In this document: piece by piece, positions 26,808 through 35,145 of the stretch
Position numbering within the stretch: the first letter of the stretch is position 1
Layout of the letters: each line of letters starts with the position of its first letter
From: Candidatus Yonathbacteria bacterium
GTDB taxonomy: Bacteria > Patescibacteriota > Minisyncoccia > Phycocordibacterales > JACNGX01
Assembly (NCBI GenBank): GCA_013334825.1
Contig: JAAXWR010000001.1
Coordinates: 11,769-75,768, forward strand
Direction: 5' to 3'
DNA: 64,000 nucleotides
The notes under the pieces: generated by a model
What the model was told of the DNA's origin: nothing
The model's database searches: none
Seen by the model: only the letters and a program-made list of their open reading frames with translations
Program-made: the position numbers and the translations under genes

Positions 26808-27386
26808 CTACGCTCGTTCCACGTAACTCTTGGTCGTCGTATTGATGCGAATAACGTCGCCTTGTGCGATAAACATCGGTACGTTGATTGTAGCACCTGT
26901 CTCAACAGTTACTTCTTGCGTTGCGTTTTGCGCAGTGTTCCCACGCACCGCAGGCGTTGCTTCTGTTACTTTCAGGTCCACCTTGATTGGGGGATTGATA
27001 CCAATAATGCTTGCATCATCATCGCGACCAAACAACAGCGCTTCAAGTTCGCTGTTTTCTTTGACGAAGAGTAGTTTATCGGCAACGGTTTCAGAGGGAA
27101 GGGTAAAACGGTTTTTCGCGTCATCCTTTTTGTGGAACCAATATTCACCTTTACGCGGATCTTTGTAGAGATACACAATAGTTCCTTTTTCGATAATTGC
27201 TTCATCAAATGAATCGGACTGGTGAAATGTCTTATCCACTGTCTTACCCGAAATCATATTGCGCACCTTTGTTTGATTGGTCGCTTTTTGACGATTCTTC
27301 TTGGCGGTTTGGGAAAAAACCACTTCATAAGGCTGCCCGTCCATGACGAAGTAGGTGCCCACGGTGAGTTCATTGTAGTCTAACAT
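26808..27386 (-). CDS. efp: elongation factor P
   Basis: 'GTYFVMDGQPYEVV...KTVDKTF' and the three-domain length are typical of EF-P. Confidence 0.85.
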   Translation of the reverse strand: MLDYNELTVGTYFVMDGQPYEVVFSQTAKKNRQKATNQTKVRNMISGKTVDKTFHQSDSFDEAIIEKGTIVYLYKDPRKGEYWFHKKDDAKNRFTLPSETVADKLLFVKENSELEALLFGRDDDASIIGINPPIKVDLKVTEATPAVRGNTAQNATQEVTVETGATINVPMFIAQGDVIRINTTTKSYVERA

Positions 27387-27490
27387 TGTACAATAAAAAG
27401 ATTATGAATAAAGAAATGATTTAAAGAGAATTATACTCGCTTTGTAAGAGGAGATTAAAAATTAGGAGATTAAAAAAGCGAAAAACACCC

Positions 27491-27856
27491 TCAATGGTCT
27501 GAATATAACATAGTATTTAACATTTTCATAACTTCCTGAAGAAGGGTATCGGTTTCTTGATAAGCAGACAAAGGATAATCAAATATTTCCTTAGCGAGTG
27601 CGATTTGTGTTTCAGGTTCTGCACCAGAGGCATAAGCGATACGAAGGAAGTGATGAAATTCTTTTTTTGAGCCCCGAGCATATCCCTCTGCTATATTTGA
27701 AGGAATAGAGACAGACGAACGACGCATTTGGCTTGTGAGACCGAATCTTTCATCTGGAGGAAAAGACTGTGACAATTTGTATATTGATACGCTGAGTCGA
27801 AAACCTTTTTTCCAAGCGGTGATGTTTTGATAGGAACCTTTTATTGTGTCACTCAT
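27491..27856 (-). CDS. four-helix-bundle protein (TIGR02436 family), copy 2
   Basis: 'ITAWKKGFRLSVSIYKLSQSFPPDERFGLTSQMRRSSVSIPSNIAEGYARGSKKEFHHFLRIAYASGAE'. Flanked by AGGAGATTA motifs at 27440-27470 and 27862-27890. Confidence 0.85.
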   Translation of the reverse strand: MSDTIKGSYQNITAWKKGFRLSVSIYKLSQSFPPDERFGLTSQMRRSSVSIPSNIAEGYARGSKKEFHHFLRIAYASGAEPETQIALAKEIFDYPLSAYQETDTLLQEVMKMLNTMLYSDH

Positions 27857-27888
27857 AGAAAGGATATTAATCTCCTAATCTCCTTTAA

Positions 27889-28932
27889 CTATTTCTCTTT
27901 CTGCTTCTCATCAAGCGCTTTTCCAATTGCTTTTGCAATCTCATTACCAATTTTTTTGTTTTCTTTCAAAAACTCACGCGCCGCGTCATATCCGCGACCA
28001 AGTTTTTCTTCACCATACGCATATGATGAACCAGATTTATCGACGATACCAAATTGCTCTCCCAACATGAGCATCTCGCCTTCACGAGAAATCCCTTCGC
28101 CATAAACAATGTCAAACTCCGTCTGACGGAACGGGGCTGCGACTTTATTTTTGACAATCTTTACACGTGTCCGTGACCCAATCACTTCATCACCCTTTTT
28201 TACTTGCGCGATGCGACGGATATCCACGCGTACCGAAGTATAGAATTTGAGTGCTTTGCCACCTGGTGTTGTCTCAGGATTGCCAAACATCACACCGATT
28301 TGCATGCGGATTTGATTGATGAAGATGACGACCGTTTTTGTCTTGTCTACGATGGCGGTCAATTTGCGAAGCGCTTGACTCATGAGACGAGCTTGTTTGC
28401 CGACATGTTGTGCGCCCATGTCTCCTTCGATTTCATCACGTGGGGTGAGTGCCGCGACAGAGTCAATGACAATCACATCCATTTTACCTGAACGTACCAA
28501 ACTCTCGGCAATTTCAAGCGCTTGTTCACCGTTGTCTGGTTGGGCGATGAGAAGCTCATTTGTTTTGACTCCCAATTTGCGTGCGTAATCAGGGTCCATG
28601 GCATGTTCCGCATCAATAAATGCACAGAGGCCACCTTTCTTTTGTGCTTCGGCGACAACATGAAGTGCGAGCGTTGTTTTTCCAGATGATTCTGGACCAA
28701 AAATTTCAATGATACGACCACGAGGGAATCCACCCACACCGAGCGCATGGTCAATACCGATGGATCCAGAAGGAATAACGTCCACGTCCACGCGTGGTTT
28801 GTCACCGAGTTTCATGATGGCACCTTCGCCAAATTTCGTCTGAATCGCTTTGATCGTATCAGCAATATCGGTGTTGCCGTCACGTGAGGGGATCTCTGGA
28901 CGGGCTACTTTTGCTTTTTTGGGTGCAGGCAT
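27889..28932 (-). CDS. recA: recombinase RecA
   Basis: '[36 protein letters not shown]' with Walker A, L1/L2 loops and C-terminal tail. Confidence 0.95.
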   Translation of the reverse strand: MPAPKKAKVARPEIPSRDGNTDIADTIKAIQTKFGEGAIMKLGDKPRVDVDVIPSGSIGIDHALGVGGFPRGRIIEIFGPESSGKTTLALHVVAEAQKKGGLCAFIDAEHAMDPDYARKLGVKTNELLIAQPDNGEQALEIAESLVRSGKMDVIVIDSVAALTPRDEIEGDMGAQHVGKQARLMSQALRKLTAIVDKTKTVVIFINQIRMQIGVMFGNPETTPGGKALKFYTSVRVDIRRIAQVKKGDEVIGSRTRVKIVKNKVAAPFRQTEFDIVYGEGISREGEMLMLGEQFGIVDKSGSSYAYGEEKLGRGYDAAREFLKENKKIGNEIAKAIGKALDEKQKEK

Positions 28933-29003
28933 AGTATTGAGAAAATAAATGAGTATCTGTGTATTATATCACGAGATATCCGAATGCGAATACAGCACAA
29001 GTC

Positions 29004-29190
29004 ATACCAGGGTTTAACCTTGGGAGCATATGCTATACCACCACTAAGAGTTGGTATAAAACGTAGGGTGCTGGATATACGTACGTATTCGTTATTCGTA
29101 AGCATTCTTGAAACTCGTCCGCCCCGTCCTTTCTTAAGAAAGGACGGGGCGGACGCGCGTGCTCCGCGTAGCGGAAACATCGCGGGAAAC
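29004..29190 (+). repeat. composite intergenic element copy 2 (REP1 + REP2 + module A + 40-bp GC palindrome + hairpin)
   Basis: Includes the perfect palindrome CGTCCGCCCCGTCCTTTCTT|AAGAAAGGACGGGGCGGACG at 29116..29155. A second copy of that palindrome is at 34875..34912. Confidence 0.8.
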
Positions 29191-29202
29191 TTGTCTTCTG
29201 CG

Positions 29203-29694
29203 TCAGTTCCGCGTTTCTTCTGTGTCGTTTTCTATTTCTTGCGTCTCAACATCCGAATCGTCGCCCAACGTCTCTTCCGTGTCAGTTTGGTGACTTTCAG
29301 CTCTGTCTTCTGTCTCTCGCAGCTCGACACTCGACACTCGCGATTCATCCATTTTTCCTATTATCTCTCGTGTCTCCGCGCATTCATTACCAAAACGGTC
29401 TCGCGCGTAGAGTGTAATGATATTAAGCCCAGGGGAGAGGATGTATGTCTCGTTAAAGTGTCCCTGCTCATCAATGAAAATCGGCCGACCGTTCATAGCG
29501 ATAAACGTCGCATTTGTCGCGACACCAAATATATGAATCATTGGTTCCTCAAACGTCGCCCCATTTCCGGGGCCTTCGAGCGCGATACGTGGACCAAGCA
29601 TGAGTGCCCATGCCTGATGTACGACATACACAACTAAGAGAATGCCCAAAAGCACCCACCCCACGCGTATAAATATGTCTTTTAAGGTTACCAT
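29203..29694 (-). CDS. hypothetical membrane-anchored protein with acidic C-terminus
   Basis: N-terminal TM helix, then a beta-rich domain, then a D/E/T-rich tail. Confidence 0.45.
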   Translation of the reverse strand: MVTLKDIFIRVGWVLLGILLVVYVVHQAWALMLGPRIALEGPGNGATFEEPMIHIFGVATNATFIAMNGRPIFIDEQGHFNETYILSPGLNIITLYARDRFGNECAETREIIGKMDESRVSSVELRETEDRAESHQTDTEETLGDDSDVETQEIENDTEETRN

Positions 29695-29741
29695 GAAGAA
29701 AGTGTTCAGTTATCAGTTTCAAGCATTGCCTATTCGCTATT

Positions 29742-30126
29742 TTAATGAGAAGAAAGAGATTGAATAAGTGCATTTAACATTTTTTCAATCTCTGTTATTT
29801 TTGAAATAATTTGCTCATAGTCACTATCTTTTATAAAAGATAATTCTTTTGCGAGGATAATTTCAGTTTTCAATTCAGCAGCTGAGCCATATGCGATACG
29901 AAGAAACTGTGTAAAGTCTTTTTTTTGTACCGCGACACTGTCCCTCGGCAATATTGGAAGAAATTGAAATTGCTGCCCGTTTTATTTGAGAGATCAGTCC
30001 GAATCTTTCATCAAGAGGAAAATATTTTGTTACTGCGTAAACTTCTTTTGCGAGCTGAATGCCTTTTTGCCATACCAAGAGATCTTGATATGAGATACTG
30101 CGTTTATTGTTTAGATACTCAGGCAT
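29742..30126 (-). pseudogene. four-helix-bundle protein (TIGR02436 family), copy 3, frameshifted
   Basis: Two overlapping ORFs in different frames (29875..30126 and 29742..29951) together cover one family member: 'LLVWQKGIQLAKEVYAVTKYFPLDERFGLISQIKRAAISISSNIAEGQCRG' plus 'FTQFLRIAYGSAAELKTEIILAKEL'. Confidence 0.65.
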
Positions 30127-30171
30127 ATATGTTATGGAGTTTTGTTAACCATCTTTTTGGATATAGGGTGT

Positions 30172-30234
30172 GGGGCAAGCGTACGTATTCGTTATTCGTA
30201 AGCATTCTTGAAACTGACAACTTGAAACTCGTTC
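30172..30234 (+). repeat. module A copy at the 3' end of ftsK
   Basis: 'ggggcaagcgtacgtattcgttattcgtaagcattcttgaaactgacaacttgaaactcg'. Confidence 0.8.
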
Positions 30235-32549
30235 TACTCCCCATACCCTTCAGACTCAACACCCTTTCCCTCCAGCACTTCTCGTGGCTTTGCGCCTTCT
30301 CCCGGTCCCACGACACCACGTTCTTCAAGCATATCCATGAGACGTGCTGCGCGCGCGTATCCAACCTTCAGTTTGCGTTGCAAAAATGATGTGGATGCTT
30401 TTCCTGCTTCAATGACCGTTTGTCGCGCTTCTTCATACATGTCGTCATCGTCATCATCACCAAAGCCACCACCTGCGCCACCACGTTCATCAAGCGACCC
30501 ACTCATGATATCAGCGAGTGAGGATAAGGGCGATACGCCCGAAGGGTCAGAAATGGTAATGTCGTCAAAGTCTCCGCCAGAATACTCTTTGCGCAAGTAT
30601 GACACAATACGTTTGATTTCGTTTTCTGTGACGAATGCCGATTGAATACGCTGTGGTTGAGACATGTCACTTGAAAGATAGAGCATATCACCTGCGCCAA
30701 GAAGTTTTTCTGCGCCACCAGTATCAAGAATGGTACGTGAATCAATCTGCGATGAAACTTGAAGCGCGATACGTCCCGGAACGTTTGCCTTGATAAGACC
30801 GGTGATAACATTGACCGACGGACGCTGTGTGGAGAGAATAAGATGAATACCCACGGCGCGACTCATCTGCGCGAGACGAACAATTGCCGATTCCAATTCA
30901 CGCGGATACGTGGTCATGATGTCAGCGAGCTCATCAATAACGACAACAATATAGGGCATTGCTTCGGGAAGAGCGGCGCCATCGGGTGCGCCGTCATTCT
31001 GAGCAGCTTTATACGCGGGGGCAACAATATTTTCATGGTATGACGCGATATCTCGAACAGACTCTGATTCAAGAATGTCATAGCGACGATCCATTTCCTT
31101 GGCTGCCCATTTGAGAGCGAGGATAGCTTTTTTGGGTTCGGTAATGACAGGCGTCAGTAAGTGGGGGATGCCATTGTACATCGTGAGTTCGACGCGCTTT
31201 GGGTCAATCATGATAAAACGCATGCGCTCTGGACCATTCCTATATATAAGAGAAGCGAGAATGGCATGAATAGTTACCGACTTTCCCGAGCCAGTGGTTC
31301 CCGCGATAAGCATGTGGGGGAGTTTTGCGAGGTTTGCAAAGAACGATTGTCCCGAGATGCCACGTCCAAGAGCAAAGAGGAGAGGCTTTTCCGAACCGAC
31401 AAATTCAGGCGCGGAAAGAAGTTTTGCCAAGCCGATAGTACTGCGTGCCGAGTTAGGAACTTCAATACCGACAAGAGACTTGCCGGGAATAGGTGCTTCG
31501 ATACGTACAGGATGTGCCGCCAGAGCGAGACCGAGGTCGTTTTGGAGTCCGACAATGCGCGAGAGCTTGACCCCTTCGGCAGGTTTCAAAGCGTAACGAG
31601 TAACAGTTGGACCAACAGAAATTTCATCCATCTCAACGGTGATACCAAAGTTTTGCAGTGTGCGTTTGATGATGTTGGCGTTTGCCTTGATGTCTCCAAC
31701 TTCTGGTTTACCCTTGTCTACCGAAAGGAGAGAGACGGGTGGAGGAAGATACGTGCGATTCTGAAGAGGGTATGCACTCGTTGCCATTTTAGGAAGTTCT
31801 TCTTCGTCTTTTTTCTTTTTTCCAAAAAATCCTTGTGTGGGAGATGGTTCTTCCGGTGGAGTGTGCTCATCAGCAACTGGCGTAGGGGGGACGGGAGTGA
31901 GGGTATCTTCTTCTGTATCAGGGACAGTGATGAATGTGCCATCCTCTTCGTCCGACTTGGTACGGTTGCGAAAACGAAGAAGCCATGAGAGGGGAGGTCG
32001 TTCGGGTGAGAGCGGTTTATCAAAGATGAGGAGAAGAGAGATGATGATAAATGCAATGAGAAAGACCGATGCTGCGACCGCGTCAAAAAGTTTTACGAGA
32101 GGAGAGGCGAGCACTTTTCCAAGCCATCCACCGCCGGTGTTTCCTGAAAGAATGGAAGTGAGTCCAAGCGCAGAGACGAAGAAGAGAACTGCTCCCAGAG
32201 TTTTTGGCAGTGCAATGTGTTCGCGGGCATCTTCTGCGTCAAAGAGAGATGCTCCAACGAGGAAAAAGATGATAGGGAGGAACACATACCCTAACCCAAA
32301 GAATGCATCAAGTTCATCGAATGTAAATGTTCCCGCCATGCCTGCGATACCGAGTGCTGCGAGAATAAAAAAAACGCCGAGCACAAAAAAAAGAATACCG
32401 AGCATGCTACGTTTTGTCTCGCGTTTGATATTGAGACGAGGAGTTTTTTCTCCATTTGTATCAGATGATGTTCCGCGTTTTTTGACCGGAACGGGCGCCG
32501 GTTTCTTTTTTGGGGATTGTTTTTTAGAATCGTTTTTTGCCATATACAC
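30234..32549 (-). CDS. ftsK: DNA translocase FtsK/SpoIIIE
   Basis: N-terminal TM helices. 'LIAGTTGSGKSVTIHAILASLIYRNGPERMRFIMIDPKRVEL' is the FtsK motor. C-terminal gamma-like wHTH. Confidence 0.9.
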   Translation of the reverse strand: MYMAKNDSKKQSPKKKPAPVPVKKRGTSSDTNGEKTPRLNIKRETKRSMLGILFFVLGVFFILAALGIAGMAGTFTFDELDAFFGLGYVFLPIIFFLVGASLFDAEDAREHIALPKTLGAVLFFVSALGLTSILSGNTGGGWLGKVLASPLVKLFDAVAASVFLIAFIIISLLLIFDKPLSPERPPLSWLLRFRNRTKSDEEDGTFITVPDTEEDTLTPVPPTPVADEHTPPEEPSPTQGFFGKKKKDEEELPKMATSAYPLQNRTYLPPPVSLLSVDKGKPEVGDIKANANIIKRTLQNFGITVEMDEISVGPTVTRYALKPAEGVKLSRIVGLQNDLGLALAAHPVRIEAPIPGKSLVGIEVPNSARSTIGLAKLLSAPEFVGSEKPLLFALGRGISGQSFFANLAKLPHMLIAGTTGSGKSVTIHAILASLIYRNGPERMRFIMIDPKRVELTMYNGIPHLLTPVITEPKKAILALKWAAKEMDRRYDILESESVRDIASYHENIVAPAYKAAQNDGAPDGAALPEAMPYIVVVIDELADIMTTYPRELESAIVRLAQMSRAVGIHLILSTQRPSVNVITGLIKANVPGRIALQVSSQIDSRTILDTGGAEKLLGAGDMLYLSSDMSQPQRIQSAFVTENEIKRIVSYLRKEYSGGDFDDITISDPSGVSPLSSLADIMSGSLDERGGAGGGFGDDDDDDMYEEARQTVIEAGKASTSFLQRKLKVGYARAARLMDMLEERGVVGPGEGAKPREVLEGKGVESEGYGE

Positions 32550-32599
32550 ATCATGATACCATAAATAGGGAAGAGAATGAAAAAACAGTGTTATCCGTT

Positions 32600-32785
32600 T
32601 TCGCCCGTCATCCCGAGCTCCACGCCTTGCCGAAGCCTTGGCGAAGGAAGGTAATGTAAGATTTAGAGTTGCAAGTCGCCAAAACGTTAGGTTAAACCTA
32701 GCGGCGCTCCGCTAGGTTTAACCTAACGTTTTTATTCGTATATTCGTTCGTAAGCATTCTTGAAACTGACAACTTGAAACTCATC
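32600..32785 (+). repeat. composite intergenic element copy 3 (B + C + A)
   Basis: 'cgtcatcccgagctccacgccttgccgaagccttggcgaaggaagg', then 'ttaggttaaacctagcggcgctccgctaggtttaacctaa', then the ATTCGTA array. Confidence 0.8.
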
Positions 32786-32860
32786 CACACTCATTCCCCT
32801 TGCCCCTCTCGATTCACTGTGTTCCACTCCATGCAATGCTCTTGAATCAATTGAGAACGC

Positions 32861-33862
32861 ATGTATAATGGACAAGTCTTTAAGTGTCCGAGAACGTCCG
32901 TAAGAGCTCACGGACACAATTTCTCAAGGACACAGACACTAACGGACATTATGGATACAAAAAAGGACATGAGAGAAACGGACTCATATCGTCGTGATAC
33001 GATGTCCGATATAAATACTCAATCTCCCGTTGCGTACAATAACCGCAATGAGTTTTCGCTTCTCTGTCTCAAAAGGACAGAACGTCTTTCCGCCGCGCTC
33101 TACATGGTAACGGGACTCATCCCCGATGCAGAACCTCTCAAATGGCGTCTTCGTGAAAAGACACTTGTCCTTTTGACTGACATGGCAATCATCCGCGAAA
33201 CACTTACTGCCGATAGAATGTCCGTTATGAATCGCGCGCGTGACACCATCACTGAACTCGCAACACTTCTCAATGTTGCATTTGCAGGAGACCTTTTATC
33301 AGAAATGAATGTTGCGGTACTCAAAAAAGAATATATGATACTCAACGATATATTAGAAGAAGGGAGACAGATGGCATCAAGCACCGAACGAGTAGTGGGC
33401 GATTTATTTAAAGAGCAATACACAATGACATCGCTCAATAATACCGAGCGTGCGACGGAGTCTGTTATCCTCAAAGCCGAAACTCTTAAAGGACATATAA
33501 AGGACATTGAAAGAATGTCCGATAGAAAAATGTCCGATAGAAAAGATGTCCTTTATACAAAAGAACGTCCGATAATGTCCTTTACGAAAGAGACAAACGC
33601 ACATGAAGAATATACAACACACCAGCCTGTAATAGAAAAAGAGATAGAAAAAACAAAGCCAATAGCAGATATCAAAAATCAAAGGCGAAATGAAATTATT
33701 GCCGTCATAAAGAAAAAGAAACACGTCGCTATAAAGGACATTACACTTCTTGTCCGTAATGTCGGTGAAAAGACAATACAGCGCGAAATCACTGCAATGG
33801 TCGAAGAAGGTGTCCTTAAGAAGCAGGGAAGTAAACGTTGGAGCACCTACTCCCTCGCGTAA
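32861..33862 (+). CDS. hypothetical protein with C-terminal winged-helix DNA-binding domain
   Basis: C-terminus 'RRNEIIAVIKKKKHVAIKDITLLVRNVGEKTIQREITAMVEEGVLKKQGSKRWSTYSL' is DeoR/wHTH-like. Tandem 'MSDRK MSDRK' at 33520-33550. The true start is probably the internal M of 'MDTKK'. Confidence 0.45.
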   Translation: MYNGQVFKCPRTSVRAHGHNFSRTQTLTDIMDTKKDMRETDSYRRDTMSDINTQSPVAYNNRNEFSLLCLKRTERLSAALYMVTGLIPDAEPLKWRLREKTLVLLTDMAIIRETLTADRMSVMNRARDTITELATLLNVAFAGDLLSEMNVAVLKKEYMILNDILEEGRQMASSTERVVGDLFKEQYTMTSLNNTERATESVILKAETLKGHIKDIERMSDRKMSDRKDVLYTKERPIMSFTKETNAHEEYTTHQPVIEKEIEKTKPIADIKNQRRNEIIAVIKKKKHVAIKDITLLVRNVGEKTIQREITAMVEEGVLKKQGSKRWSTYSLA

Positions 33863-33894
33863 ATGATAAGTATAAAAACTGTCGTTCTAAACCC

Positions 33895-34380
33895 ACTCGT
33901 TCGTCATCCATTCCAGTCTGTCATCCCGGGCTCCGTGCCTTGCCGAAGCCTTGGCGAAGGAAGGTGACACGGGATCCAGAGTCGTCAGTTTCATCCATCT
34001 TAGTTTAGTTGTATTCGTACATTCGTACGTATTCGTTATTCGTAACCATTCTTGAAACTCGTCATGGAACTCGTTTCATTGACTTTATACCATAAAAAAA
34101 CTATAATAAAAGGAGATATTTTGTTGTTTAAAAACCACATCATTTTCGTGTCATAACAAACTCGTTTCATCATTCGTCGAGTCGTCCTTGAGAGTCTGTC
34201 GTTCTGAACTTTTTACCTTCCCGAAGCCTTGGCGAGGGAAGGTGATTCAGGATCCAGAGTCATCAGTTTCATCTATCGTAGTCTAGTCGTATTCGTACAT
34301 TCGTACGTATTCGTTATTCGTAAGCATTCTTGAAACTTGAAACTTGAAACTGACAACTGACAACTCGTCTTCATTGCACA
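33895..34380 (+). repeat. tandem array: B-A, then B-A composite elements (copies 4 and 5)
   Basis: B copies at about 33895-33990 and 34190-34285. A copies at 34008-34075 and 34288-34375 (the latter with CTTGAAACT x3 and GACAACT x2). Confidence 0.8.
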
Positions 34381-34774
34381 AGTGCGATGAAGAATGTAGT
34401 TATCCACACGAAAATCTTTGCGGTATAACGAACGGCAAAATATAATGTATACAGATACACATTGTTCCATTTTCTCTCGACGGATGCTCTGCATCCGTGT
34501 GTGGTCGTAGGGGACGATGTGTATGCACGGGATGCTCGTTGACAACAGAACAAACGGCGCTACCAAAGAGTAACAGCGACTGTCATCCGATTGCGCAAGC
34601 AATCGTGTTGTCATCGTCATCCGCGCCGACTCGTCTTACGACGGTCGCCGTGTATGTCATTATTATCAAACTCTTTTATTATCAGCTGTAACTGATATCG
34701 GTAAGTCGCGCCACCGCATAAGCGAAGGACAAAGAAAAGACCAACACTTAATGTTGGTCTCAAAGAAGTCTCAG

Positions 34775-34970
34775 CGAAGTCTGTCATCCTGAACTTTTTA
34801 CCTTGCCGAAGCCTTGGCGAAGGAAGGTGATTCAGGATCCACGGAGTCGTCCGTCGTTTCGTTTCTTGAAACTTGTCCGTCCCGCCCTTTCTTAAGAAAG
34901 GGCGGGACGGACCCGCGCGCTCTGCGTAGCAGAGACGTCGCGGGAAACTGACAACTTGAAACTCGTCAAG
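34775..34970 (+). repeat. composite element copy 6 (B + 38-bp GC palindrome + hairpin + partial A)
   Basis: 'gtcatcctgaactttttaccttgccgaagccttggcgaaggaaggtgattcaggatcc', then 'gtccgtcccgccctttcttaagaaagggcgggacggac', then 'gaaactgacaacttgaaactcg'. Confidence 0.8.
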
Positions 34971-35145
34971 TCATTCGCTCATGCGGTGTCGCGATGCACA
35001 CCGAACTAATTAGTTACAGGTAAGTGTGCACGGAATCATCGACAATGTCGAAGTCGACCTTCTCCGTACACATGTGCTCTTCACCTGCGCGCGTCTCGCA
35101 AGAAACGCGCGTCCGAAGATCATCGCATTATCATCAATCTATCAT

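Noticed and set aside
22986-30126. Diversity-generating retroelement (DGR) suggested by the Avd-like four-helix-bundle genes
   Set aside because: No reverse transcriptase ORF (no YxDD motif protein) is present in the window. The only near-identical repeat pairs (in the fibre gene) differ at non-adenine positions, unlike template and variable regions.
31161-31988. 275-aa + strand ORF antisense to ftsK (also 31837..32556, and antisense ORFs in murF at 24184..24633, secD at 60442..61125 and the DUF2207 gene at 49554..50381)
   Set aside because: These are antisense to strongly supported genes. There is no independent evidence.
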